This document shows positions 19,027 through 28,235 of a DNA stretch of 64,000 bases, one piece after another. The position numbers were made by a program, and so were the translations under genes. Source of the DNA: Promethearchaeota archaeon. GTDB taxonomy: Archaea > Asgardarchaeota > Lokiarchaeia > Sigyniarchaeales > SOKP01. The stretch spans positions 128,001 through 192,000 of the forward strand of contig JBHLLT010000002.1 of assembly GCA_048938855.1 (NCBI GenBank), read 5' to 3'. Positions within the stretch are counted from its first letter, which is position 1; each line of letters begins with the position of its first letter. The notes beneath the pieces are model-generated. The model did not search any database. It saw only the letters and a list, made by a program, of their open reading frames with translations, and was not told the DNA's origin.

Positions 19027-19896
19027 ATGACTAAGGTATCTGAAGCAGATTTTCTAAATAAACTCTTAGAAGTTGTTTATAAACTCTCAAACATCGTGAA
19101 GACTCAATCTCCTCGTTTTAAGAAAAAATGGGAAGAATATTTTGCGCCCCTAAACAAAGAACCCCATTTAATTCGCCAAATACCATTAAATAAACCTGAA
19201 TTTTTAACTGATATTAATTATAGGATAAAAACTCTGAAAATCGTAGAACAAGCAACTCTTGACGGCTTTTATTCAGTAAAAACATTATTGCAAACTTTTT
19301 ATGAGACCTATTTCGAATCAGAACTATTTAAAAAGGATTTCTCTGAAGATGATCAATTAATTCTTAAATATCTTGTCGCAAAAGAAATTTTAGGTAACTT
19401 AATTCAGTATAATAAATTGGATCATGAATCAGTCCCAATGAAATACAATATTATCGCCAGAAATTACACAATGATTAAATTAAAAGGTCAATTGGATAAA
19501 GAAATTTTAGATAACATGCAGAAATTGAACATAAAAGATCTAAAACTCGAGGATATCCAGAATATAATGAAAGAAGTTGAATCAGATGGAATAATAAATA
19601 TTAATAGTAAGATAACAAATTTTTTCTACAAATTAAATAGAGAACTAATCCTAAGTAAAGAGGGAAGTAAATTTTATAGCCAAATCCTGCAACCCTTAGT
19701 GGATTTTCCTACACTATTCTTTCGGAGCTTCTTTAATATTAGAGAATTAAATGTCACTCTTGAAGAGGACACTAAATATTATGAATTTCTGCAAAAAATT
19801 CTTCTAAAAACGGCAACGCAAGGTTTCAGTCCAACGAACTACGTCTTTAAAAACCTGATTAAATATTATGAGAAAATACAAGCTGAACCTGAATAA
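19027..19896 (+). CDS. Hypothetical protein, possible internal winged helix
   Basis: Long clean ORF; L..I..IMKEVESDGII pattern. Confidence 0.65.
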   Translation: MTKVSEADFLNKLLEVVYKLSNIVKTQSPRFKKKWEEYFAPLNKEPHLIRQIPLNKPEFLTDINYRIKTLKIVEQATLDGFYSVKTLLQTFYETYFESELFKKDFSEDDQLILKYLVAKEILGNLIQYNKLDHESVPMKYNIIARNYTMIKLKGQLDKEILDNMQKLNIKDLKLEDIQNIMKEVESDGIININSKITNFFYKLNRELILSKEGSKFYSQILQPLVDFPTLFFRSFFNIRELNVTLEEDTKYYEFLQKILLKTATQGFSPTNYVFKNLIKYYEKIQAEPE

Positions 19897-19925
19897 TTAT
19901 CTTTTAACTTTTCAATTATGTAGGA

Positions 19926-20801
19926 TTATATATCTTTAGTTTTCTCAATTGGAATATTAAAATCTTCTAAAAGGGGAATTAAATGGCCTTTATCAGCAGA
20001 GTTGGTACCCTTCCAATCAATTAGAAAGTAATCAACTTTTTCAGAAGTGTTTTCAATCATTTTCCAAATTATCGCTTTTTCTAGACTTTGAAGATGATAT
20101 TTTGGGCAAATGAATGATATCGCAATATCTTTAGTTGTAATTAACCTTTGAAAATTTGGGGCATAATGTGTGCCTCCAAAGCCTAAACATATTTTTTGAC
20201 TTTTCTTTTTTCTATATTCATCAAACTTTTGAATAGTATTAAGTATCGCGTTTGCTAAAATCACCCCAGCTTCATGAATTTTCCATTCTACCCTACTACT
20301 TCCTAATTCCATGAAAATTAAAGGGATATCTAAGATAGTTGGTCCATGATGAGTCACTTCTATATCACGTGAGAATTCTTTTAGTAGAGGTGGAAGTGTT
20401 TCTTCACTTAACGAAATAAATCCTGCCTTGTGAAGTAAAGCACTTGTTTTTGATAAATCTTGAGGATTTCCTCCAAAGTCTGCTTGTTTACCCCAATTGC
20501 CAGTTGTATGAACTAAAAATGCCGGTCGAGCTGTTTTTGAGGTATGTCGACTAGCAAAAATAAGATAATCAGGCTCTAACTTTGATCCCACTAATTTTAA
20601 ATCATTCAAAAAAATAAGAGGTTCTTTAGTAAGTCCCAAATAGATATCATCTTTAATTAAATTATTTTCTAATTTAAAAACCGGGTTGTCACACCAATTG
20701 AAATCAACTTTTTTGAAATTAAATAGGGATGAATTTAAAAATTTATGGCGAATATTCAATGAAGCATTATCTTCTGCTGAAGTTATAATTAAAAACTGAA
20801 T
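19926..20801 (-). CDS. dtdA: D-aminoacyl-tRNA deacylase (archaeal DTD2)
   Basis: FASRH.S, VH.TGN, EVTHHGPT, F.E.GS, GFGG.HY, IDWK. The family N-terminus (LII.S..D.AS.NI) lies upstream of the track start at 20759. Confidence 0.92.
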   Translation of the reverse strand: MQFLIITSAEDNASLNIRHKFLNSSLFNFKKVDFNWCDNPVFKLENNLIKDDIYLGLTKEPLIFLNDLKLVGSKLEPDYLIFASRHTSKTARPAFLVHTTGNWGKQADFGGNPQDLSKTSALLHKAGFISLSEETLPPLLKEFSRDIEVTHHGPTILDIPLIFMELGSSRVEWKIHEAGVILANAILNTIQKFDEYRKKKSQKICLGFGGTHYAPNFQRLITTKDIAISFICPKYHLQSLEKAIIWKMIENTSEKVDYFLIDWKGTNSADKGHLIPLLEDFNIPIEKTKDI

Positions 20802-20920
20802 TGATCATCACCATGAGAAATTTTAATTATTCGACTTATTAATCAAAATCAATAGAGAATTTAATAGTTTATACTCTATATCTAAAAATTTTAAAAATTC
20901 CTAAAACAATAAAATTAGTA

Positions 20921-21154
20921 ATGATGGATTTTCTAGTTAAGATCTTAACTGCAATTGCTTTTGGGATATTCTTCTTCATTGATGATTATTTTAAACTTAA
21001 AATCATTCAACTATACGCTTCATTTATCTCCAGAGTATCAGTAGTTTAATTTTTAATGGGTTTAATTTGATACACTATTGGTATCATCATCATCAACGTT
21101 TATACTAACATTCTATATTTTATGATGACTCTCTGAGATAGTTTAGAATACTAA
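20921..21154 (+). pseudogene. Possible decayed membrane-protein gene
   Basis: MMDFLVKILTAIAFGIFFFIDDYFKLKIIQLYASFISRVSVV*FLMGLI*YTIGIIII...; the hydrophobic frame continues through in-frame stops. Confidence 0.35.
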
Positions 21155-21275
21155 TTAAAATCTTTATAAATTAGAAAATATATACAATATATTCTTTTTC
21201 CTCATAACTCTATTATTTATAAAGATTTAAATCTATTAAAAACAAGTTTAAATTAATACGAGGTTATGAAATAAA

Positions 21276-21842
21276 ATGGATATGAAGAAAAAAAGTTTTA
21301 ATGAATTGTTGGCCATCGATGATGATGATAAAAAAATCATCGAAATGATAGAGAGAGACCCCGATATAACTCATAGCGATATTGCTAAAGAGATCGATAA
21401 GTCTCAACCTGCTGTAGGGGCAAGAATCATTAAACTTGAAAGAAAAAGTCTTTTAACTAAACAAGTTGGGTTCAACATTAAAAAAGTAGATATTAAAGTA
21501 GCGATAGTTTATATTTCCACCAAAGATGTTGATGATATCGTTCAGAAAATTGAAAAATGTCCATTTATAAATCATGCATTCAAAATTTCAGGAGAATTTA
21601 ACGTTCTCGCCTTTATTGCTGCTTCTGATTTACAAACAATTGAAAAACTTGTTGATTTATGCTTCCGTAGAGATAAAAATGTAATTAATGTAAAAACAAA
21701 TATAGTAATTGAGAGCATCCATGATTTTGTAGTGCCAATAGATTTTCAGATTGAGAATTTCGATGGAAGATATTGTGGCCCTGGTTGTTCGCTCCAAGAA
21801 GATTTACCGAAATTTAAATTCAGTCAAAAAGAAGAAGAATAG
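21276..21842 (+). CDS. Lrp/AsnC family regulator with Cys tail
   Basis: D..I...TH..IA.....SQP.VG.RI.KLE HTH; RAM domain ISGEFN; tail CGPGC. Confidence 0.9.
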   Translation: MDMKKKSFNELLAIDDDDKKIIEMIERDPDITHSDIAKEIDKSQPAVGARIIKLERKSLLTKQVGFNIKKVDIKVAIVYISTKDVDDIVQKIEKCPFINHAFKISGEFNVLAFIAASDLQTIEKLVDLCFRRDKNVINVKTNIVIESIHDFVVPIDFQIENFDGRYCGPGCSLQEDLPKFKFSQKEEE

Positions 21843-21895
21843 GTTTTTTTTAAGCAATTAAAAAACATTAATGATAAAAAAATAACCTTATTTAT

Positions 21896-22441
21896 CTAAT
21901 GTTTTGTTAACCCCTTTGCTTTCGCAATCTTGTAAAGGCATTTTTCTCCGCATCCTTCTTCTAGTGTAGGGTTATGGTTTTCAGAATCGAAATCGATTGG
22001 CAAGATAAAATCCTTTGCAATATCAATTACAACCTCCATAGAAGCATTAGATATTTCAGGATTGTTTCGAAAATGATAATTCACAATATTATCCAGTTTT
22101 TGAAGCTTTGAGCTAGCAAGCAATATGCAAATATTATGCTCCCCCGATAATCGAAATGCGTTTAGCATAAAGGGACAATGTTTAGCCATTTCCATTATCT
22201 CATCAGGATTTTTAGTTTTTAGTTCTACGGTAGCTAAATGTAAATCTACCTTCTTAAAATTAATTCCTGGCTGGAATTGCAAAATACCGTTTTTTTCCAG
22301 TTTCTTAATTCTCATCCCAACAGTAGGTTGTGATCTATTTATTTTTGAGGCAATCTCAGTATGAGTGAGATTAGGATCTTCTTGGACGAGTGAAATAATC
22401 TGCTTATCTACATCATCAAGCTTTAACTTATCTGAAATCAT
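21896..22441 (-). CDS. Lrp/AsnC family regulator with Cys tail
   Basis: Same motifs; tail CGEKC. Confidence 0.9.
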   Translation of the reverse strand: MISDKLKLDDVDKQIISLVQEDPNLTHTEIASKINRSQPTVGMRIKKLEKNGILQFQPGINFKKVDLHLATVELKTKNPDEIMEMAKHCPFMLNAFRLSGEHNICILLASSKLQKLDNIVNYHFRNNPEISNASMEVVIDIAKDFILPIDFDSENHNPTLEEGCGEKCLYKIAKAKGLTKH

Positions 22442-22476
22442 AATATGTATTGATAATTTTTTTTATTCTAATTATG

Positions 22477-22528
22477 CAAAAATAATAGTAACTTATATTT
22501 ATTTTTCATAAGTTACTATTTATTTTTG
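22477..22528. promoter_or_regulatory. Long inverted repeat upstream of an Lrp gene
   Basis: CAAAAATAATAGTAACTTAT-N11-ATAAGTTACTATT(T)ATTTTTG; perfect 13-bp core arms at 22484-22496 and 22508-22520. Confidence 0.6.
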
Positions 22529-22856
22529 ATAAATTCAGTTTTATATAATTTTTTATATTCAATATTAAATATGAGAGTTCATTTGAATCTTAAATATAAA
22601 GCTTGATATCTCGATTTTCTTCCAAAGTATTTTTTAAAATTGTATTTTGGAGGATTATTATGATAAATTTAGGTAGTGCTTAAACCTAAATAGAAAAATG
22701 TCTATAAAGTATTTTAAACATATTTGTCAGAAGTATAGAGACGTTAAAAAACATGGAGAAAATTGATAAATTTTTGAATGACCTATTTAAAACTATTTAC
22801 TCTGCTGGAATCTTTAACTCATCTGGTTGCTATTATTGCGTATTCTAATAGAAATT

Positions 22857-23525
22857 TTAAAATTCCAATAAGGGGATTTTGTGGCAATAGTAAATCATTT
22901 TACCATCAAATTTTATCTGAACAGCAATAATTTTAATCCCTTTTTCTCTTGCTTCACTCAAATTTTTAGAGAAATTAGGATCCATCTCTGTATTTGGAGC
23001 GAAAGCTATAGTCTTACGAAATATTAAAAAAAAGATTATTCCATTATGTTCAATAATCTCTCTTACATGTCTAGCTCCCCGTTCAGTAGGAGCGTCAGGA
23101 AAAAGCGCAATATTATCCTTAATTAGAGTTACCCCTTTTACTTCTAAAGGAACGTCATCGAGAAGAAAATCAATTCTACTATTACCAATCTTTATTTCTT
23201 TCCGAATTTGTCTAATATTAGAGAATTCTGGTAATAATTTAAATACTTCTTGAGCAATTCTTGAGTGTAAAGCAGTATCTATAAGAACCCATTCATCCTC
23301 AGCTTTAATCGCCTTAATATAATACTTCAATTTTCCACGAGAATAAGTAAATAAGACCTCAGCACCTTCAATAAGTAATTCCTTCAATCTACCAGGATCA
23401 TGAATATGGGCAAATTCTACAAGTCCATTGTATCGTATTTCACCGATAAATCTATTAGGTCTCGAGATGAATGTCCCTTTCATTAAGTTCGGAATTTTAA
23501 ATAATGGGATCATATTAGCATTCAT
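22857..23525 (-). CDS. sfsA: SfsA family DNA/RNA nuclease (sugar fermentation stimulation protein)
   Basis: RPNRF, H..DPGRL.ELL, SRIDF, EVKGVTL, FPDAPT.RG.RH. Confidence 0.92.
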   Translation of the reverse strand: MNANMIPLFKIPNLMKGTFISRPNRFIGEIRYNGLVEFAHIHDPGRLKELLIEGAEVLFTYSRGKLKYYIKAIKAEDEWVLIDTALHSRIAQEVFKLLPEFSNIRQIRKEIKIGNSRIDFLLDDVPLEVKGVTLIKDNIALFPDAPTERGARHVREIIEHNGIIFFLIFRKTIAFAPNTEMDPNFSKNLSEAREKGIKIIAVQIKFDGKMIYYCHKIPLLEF

Positions 23526-23582
23526 TTTATTATAATATATAATCTTAATAGATAAAAAGAAATTTTTATTTGATTAATCATA

Positions 23583-23822
23583 ATGGTTAAAACAGAAACT
23601 CAATCTATATTTGAAAGCTATACATTTCATCATATAGATATATCAAAATGTGCTCAATGTCGAGATTTTTCCTGTGAAGAAGCATGTTTTAGAGGGATTT
23701 ATGAAGTTATAAATAAAGATTCTACTCCTAAATGTATTGTAGTGCAAGATCGTGAGGATAGATGTGTAAAATGTCATATGTGCACTACTGCTTGTAAATA
23801 TAAAGCAATTAAAATTGATTAA
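23583..23822 (+). CDS. Ferredoxin (4Fe-4S dicluster type)
   Basis: C..C....C...C and C..C..C...C motifs. Confidence 0.85.
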   Translation: MVKTETQSIFESYTFHHIDISKCAQCRDFSCEEACFRGIYEVINKDSTPKCIVVQDREDRCVKCHMCTTACKYKAIKID

Positions 23823-24005
23823 TCCTATTTTGTACATTTCTAAATAGAAGATTTTAAAAGATTTTATTAACTTTTAAAATAGGATAAAAATCTTAATGGA
23901 ATGGTAATAACAATATTGGAATCTAAAAATACAGGTTAATTAAATTATTGATTTAGATTAGTAATTCTTAAAAGGTTTAATTTCTTTTAATATTCACCTT
24001 AGTAG

Positions 24006-24245
24006 GTGCTCATCATGGTTGAACGTGGAGGTTTGGGAGTAATGGGCATTTGTACTAGAATAATGTTTCTGCTATTCTATTTATCATGTATTATTTCTTT
24101 GTTTTCAGATCCTTTAAGCATACCAGTAGATTCCAGATTAACTTACATTATTACAGGTTATGCTTTACTGCTCTTAGGTTTTGCAATCTTCTTTCTTAGT
24201 TTCATTGAAGATTTTATTAAATATAGAAAAGATAGAAAGAGGTAA
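24006..24245 (+). CDS. Small 2-TM membrane protein
   Basis: Two hydrophobic helices and a basic tail; start uncertain. Confidence 0.5.
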   Translation: MLIMVERGGLGVMGICTRIMFLLFYLSCIISLFSDPLSIPVDSRLTYIITGYALLLLGFAIFFLSFIEDFIKYRKDRKR

Positions 24246-24256
24246 TTCAAAAGGAT

Positions 24257-24796
24257 TTAACAGTTACATTTTTCACAGCAAGTCGCTTTTAAATTAAGGT
24301 TACCAAACTCAAGATTCAAATCTATTGGTAAAACAAAATCATTAACAACGTCAGAAATCACATCAATGTGAACATCGCAAACTTCAGAATCATTTCTAAA
24401 ATGACGATTAACAACATAATCGAGATCTTTAAGACTTAAACCGATCATCAAAATACTCATATTAGATTCACCACTTAATCGAAATGCGTTTAACATAAAG
24501 GGGCATTTTTTTACAATCTCAATAACTTTTCTTGGATTTTTTGTTTGAAGCTCAACCCTTGCAAAGCAGAGATCAGCTACTTTGATATTAATGCCTGCCT
24601 GATACTTCAAGACACCCAAATTTTCTAATTTTTTAATACGCATCCCTACTGTGGGTTGACTTCGATTTACATAATGAGCGATTTCAGTGTGAGTGAGGTT
24701 TGGCTCTCTTTGAATTAGATCCATTATTCTACAATCAATATCATCAATTCCAATCTTTTCACTTATCATAAACATTTCCCTCCTTGATTGATACAA
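24257..24796 (-). CDS. Lrp/AsnC family regulator with Cys tail
   Basis: Paralogue of 21896..22441; tail CCEKCNC. Likely start is the ATG near 24769. Confidence 0.9.
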   Translation of the reverse strand: MYQSRREMFMISEKIGIDDIDCRIMDLIQREPNLTHTEIAHYVNRSQPTVGMRIKKLENLGVLKYQAGINIKVADLCFARVELQTKNPRKVIEIVKKCPFMLNAFRLSGESNMSILMIGLSLKDLDYVVNRHFRNDSEVCDVHIDVISDVVNDFVLPIDLNLEFGNLNLKATCCEKCNC

Positions 24797-24960
24797 CTAA
24801 AAAATTAATATATAATATTCAATCATCGCGATACCACGATACATAAATATTACGATGCCATAATATTTAAACTTTTGTGTACCTTGTATTATTATAAAAA
24901 TATTAATAATCCATTAAAACAAGCTTTAAAAACTAGAAAAAAAAATAATCTAATAAATCG

Positions 24961-25296
24961 ATGAGCGAATTAAGAAAATACATTGTTGAGTTTTTAAAAG
25001 TATTAGCTGATCCAACTAGATTGGAAATCTTAAATCAATTAAGAAATAGAGAGAAGAATTCATCAGAAATTCAGGATGAAGTGAGCAAATCACAATCAAC
25101 AATTTCTAAACATTTGAAGATGCTCGTTGATAATAATCTCATAGAATTTGAAAGAAAAGACAATATAAAATACTATAAGATAAAAAATATTGATATATTC
25201 ACACTTCTTTCTCAAATAAATTCAATAGTAGCAAATATTAACACAGAGAAACTTAAAGACTTGAGAGATGTTGATATATATAATACATTATCTTAG
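24961..25296 (+). CDS. ArsR/SmtB family regulator
   Basis: LKVLADPTRLEIL, SQSTISKHLK.L. Confidence 0.9.
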   Translation: MSELRKYIVEFLKVLADPTRLEILNQLRNREKNSSEIQDEVSKSQSTISKHLKMLVDNNLIEFERKDNIKYYKIKNIDIFTLLSQINSIVANINTEKLKDLRDVDIYNTLS

Positions 25297-25334
25297 TTTT
25301 AGAACATAATTGATTTCAAAATTCCAAAAAAGCA

Positions 25335-25883
25335 ATGAAATCCTTAAAAGAAGATCAACCAGTCAATGAATCAATAAAGATAGTACTTATAGGTTTAGAT
25401 AATAGTGGGAAAACTTCAATATTGAATTGTTTAAAGGGTATCAAATGTATTTCTGCCTTTAATAACCCAATGCCTACAAAAGGTCTTGATGTGCAATCAT
25501 TTGAAGCTTTAAATTCAAAGTATGCAATCTGGGATCTTGGTGGGCAGGAAGCATATCTTGATGACTATTTTAATGATTTTAAGAAAATTATTAAAGAAAC
25601 TAATAAAATCATATATGTAATTGATATTCAAGATACTAAACGTTATGATTCTGCGCTTAAATATCTGAGAAATGTTATAAATTCAATAGAGGAATCAAAA
25701 AATATTGATTTTTCAGTTTTTTTGCATAAGTTTGATCCAGACTTAGTATTTAACGATGATTTAAACGATTTAGTCATTAATGAATTTATTTCAAAAATCA
25801 AAGAGACTTTTCCATCAAAATTTGTGTATTCAATAAACAAGACAACGATTTATGCAATCTTTGAAAAAACAACAGTCATATAA
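25335..25883 (+). CDS. Small GTPase, Arf/Rag-like (Asgard eukaryotic-signature protein)
   Basis: G1 GLDNSGKTS, G2 PTKG, G3 WDLGGQ, G4 HKFD, G5 TTIY. Confidence 0.92.
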   Translation: MKSLKEDQPVNESIKIVLIGLDNSGKTSILNCLKGIKCISAFNNPMPTKGLDVQSFEALNSKYAIWDLGGQEAYLDDYFNDFKKIIKETNKIIYVIDIQDTKRYDSALKYLRNVINSIEESKNIDFSVFLHKFDPDLVFNDDLNDLVINEFISKIKETFPSKFVYSINKTTIYAIFEKTTVI

Positions 25884-25998
25884 ATGAATTAAATCTATTT
25901 ATATTTGTAATTTTAAAGTATTTTAGAAATTTTAAACTATATTTAGAAAGAACACTAAATACTATCGTAGAAAAAAAAATATCAAGATCTACCAATTT

Positions 25999-28185
25999 AT
26001 GTTATCACAAATCGATAAAACAGAAGTCTTAAGCAGAAAGAGATATAGCTCATCTATAGTTCTTTTCGCGCTAATATTGTTTTTTATTTTTTTAACTCAA
26101 TTCTATAGTTTTCTTTTATTTCATGCAATAGCTGAATTGTTTAGTGTAGTTATTGCATTTGGAATTTTCATGATTGGCTGGAATACCCGAAAAAACATAG
26201 AAAGTTCTATATTTTTAGTTTTAGGTGTAAGTTTATTATATATTGGCTTAATTGATCTAATCCATACTTTAGCATATAGTGGGATGAATATATTTGAAGG
26301 TTATAATGCAAATTTGCCCACACAATTATGGATCACTGCTAGATATCTTCAATCAGGTTCTTTTCTCATGGCATTTCTTTTAATGCATAAGAAGATTAAT
26401 CCAAATTATTTAGTGATTGGTTATACAGTTATAACATCGCTTTTGTTAATATTAATTTTTACTAGGATTTTTCCAGATTGCTATATTGAAGGGATTGGGC
26501 TTACACTTTTTAAAATTATAAGTGAATATATAATTATTGGAATTTTAGCAATATCTATGATATTATTATATAAAAATAGAAAAGAGCTCAATTTAACAAC
26601 ATTCCGTTTAAAAATGTTTTCTATTTTATCTATGATAGTAGCGGAGTTCGCTTTTACTTTTTATGTTGGCGTATATGATTTATCTATTGTAGTAGGTCAT
26701 CTCTTTAAAATAATTTCTTTTTATCTTATATATTTAGCAATTATCCAAAAGGGATTTGAAGATCCCTTAAACACTTTATTCACAAAATTAAAAGAGAGTG
26801 AGAAATTTACAACGGCTGCATTAAATGCTCAAATGGATACTTTTTTTGTTTTTGATCCAGTGACTGGTAAAGCGATAAGATGGAATAAAGCTTTTAATGA
26901 GCTTAGTGGATATAGCGATACGGAAATATTATCTATGAAAGCACCTGATTCCTATTACAGCCAAGAAGATTTAATAAAAGCTGAAAAGGCAATACGCAAT
27001 ATAATAGAAACAGGAAATACTCTTGTTCAAATGGAGTTAATTACGAAATATAAGGAAAAAATACCGTTTGAATATTTAGGCTCAACTATTACTAATGATC
27101 AAGGAGATATTAATTATATAGTTGCAGTTGGTAGAAATATTACTGAACGCAAAAAAACAGAAGAAGAAATTAAAAACATTGCAAGGTTTCCTTCTGAGAA
27201 TCCAAATCCAATACTAAGAGCCAGTAATGAGATTATCTTATATATAAATGATGCTGGTAAGACATTGTTTAATATTATGATCGGAGATAAAGTACCTCCT
27301 AGTTTAAATAAGGTAATAGAGCAAGTCTTTCATACTCAAAAGATTCAACAAATCGAGCTTGAACTAAAGGACCAATATTATTCGTTTACTATAACCCCCA
27401 TAGCTAAAGAAAATTATCTAAATATTTATGGTCTTAATATTACAGAGAGAGTCTTAGCAGAAAGAAGAATTAAAAACTTGGTGTCGACAGTTTCTCATGA
27501 GTTAAGAACTCCTATCACTGTTTTAATGATGTCATTAGATATTTATAAACAAAAAAAAGATTCACTTACTTCTGATATGCAAAATAGTATTATAGAAACC
27601 GAAGAGAGAAATGTTTTACTTTTAAAGCAATTATCAGAAGACCTTCTACTAGTGTCTCAAGTTGATGAGCATAAATTAAAACTGGATTTAATTGAGTATA
27701 ATCCTTTCAAATTATTAGAAAAGATATTAATATTTTTAGAACCTTTTAGTCAAGAAAAAAATTTAAATTTCAGACTTGATGTAAAAGAGGACATAATGTT
27801 GAAAGGGGATATTAAAAGAATCGATCAAATCTTTCGCATTATTTTAGATAATGCAATAAAATATTCATATGAAAATACCATTATAGAGATTAGTGCGTTA
27901 GATAATTATCAAGGTGAATATAATCCTAAACGGGTTAACGGGCTTCTTTTTCAAATTAATAATTTTGGCATTGGAATTAGCAATCAAGACCTTCCTCGTA
28001 TTTTTGAAAGGTTTTATAGAGCTTCAAACGTAAGTGGCACTTCTGGAACAGGATTAGGATTATCTATTGCTAAAGATTTAATTGAACTTCATCAAGGAAA
28101 TATTTTTGTTGAAAGTGAACTTGGTGAAAAAACTACTTTTTCAATATTTTTTCCAAAAATAAATTCTGTTCAAAATAACATTTAA
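25999..28185 (+). CDS. Membrane sensor histidine kinase (MASE3-like TM domain, PAS x2, HisKA, HATPase)
   Basis: FH..AELFS, H.LAY.GM, NL.TQLW..AR, GHLFK (MASE3 pattern); SHELRTP, N box DNAIKY, G boxes. Confidence 0.92.
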   Translation: MLSQIDKTEVLSRKRYSSSIVLFALILFFIFLTQFYSFLLFHAIAELFSVVIAFGIFMIGWNTRKNIESSIFLVLGVSLLYIGLIDLIHTLAYSGMNIFEGYNANLPTQLWITARYLQSGSFLMAFLLMHKKINPNYLVIGYTVITSLLLILIFTRIFPDCYIEGIGLTLFKIISEYIIIGILAISMILLYKNRKELNLTTFRLKMFSILSMIVAEFAFTFYVGVYDLSIVVGHLFKIISFYLIYLAIIQKGFEDPLNTLFTKLKESEKFTTAALNAQMDTFFVFDPVTGKAIRWNKAFNELSGYSDTEILSMKAPDSYYSQEDLIKAEKAIRNIIETGNTLVQMELITKYKEKIPFEYLGSTITNDQGDINYIVAVGRNITERKKTEEEIKNIARFPSENPNPILRASNEIILYINDAGKTLFNIMIGDKVPPSLNKVIEQVFHTQKIQQIELELKDQYYSFTITPIAKENYLNIYGLNITERVLAERRIKNLVSTVSHELRTPITVLMMSLDIYKQKKDSLTSDMQNSIIETEERNVLLLKQLSEDLLLVSQVDEHKLKLDLIEYNPFKLLEKILIFLEPFSQEKNLNFRLDVKEDIMLKGDIKRIDQIFRIILDNAIKYSYENTIIEISALDNYQGEYNPKRVNGLLFQINNFGIGISNQDLPRIFERFYRASNVSGTSGTGLGLSIAKDLIELHQGNIFVESELGEKTTFSIFFPKINSVQNNI

Positions 28186-28235
28186 ATATAATTTTAATTG
28201 ATATTTTCAATATAAGATCTGTTAGGCGAACCATA

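Noticed and set aside
22753-22848. 31-aa ORF MEKIDKFLNDLFKTIYSAGIFNSSGCYYCVF, with a nearby small hairpin at 22667-22691
   Set aside because: Too short, no SD directly upstream and no supporting homology; may be a remnant or chance.
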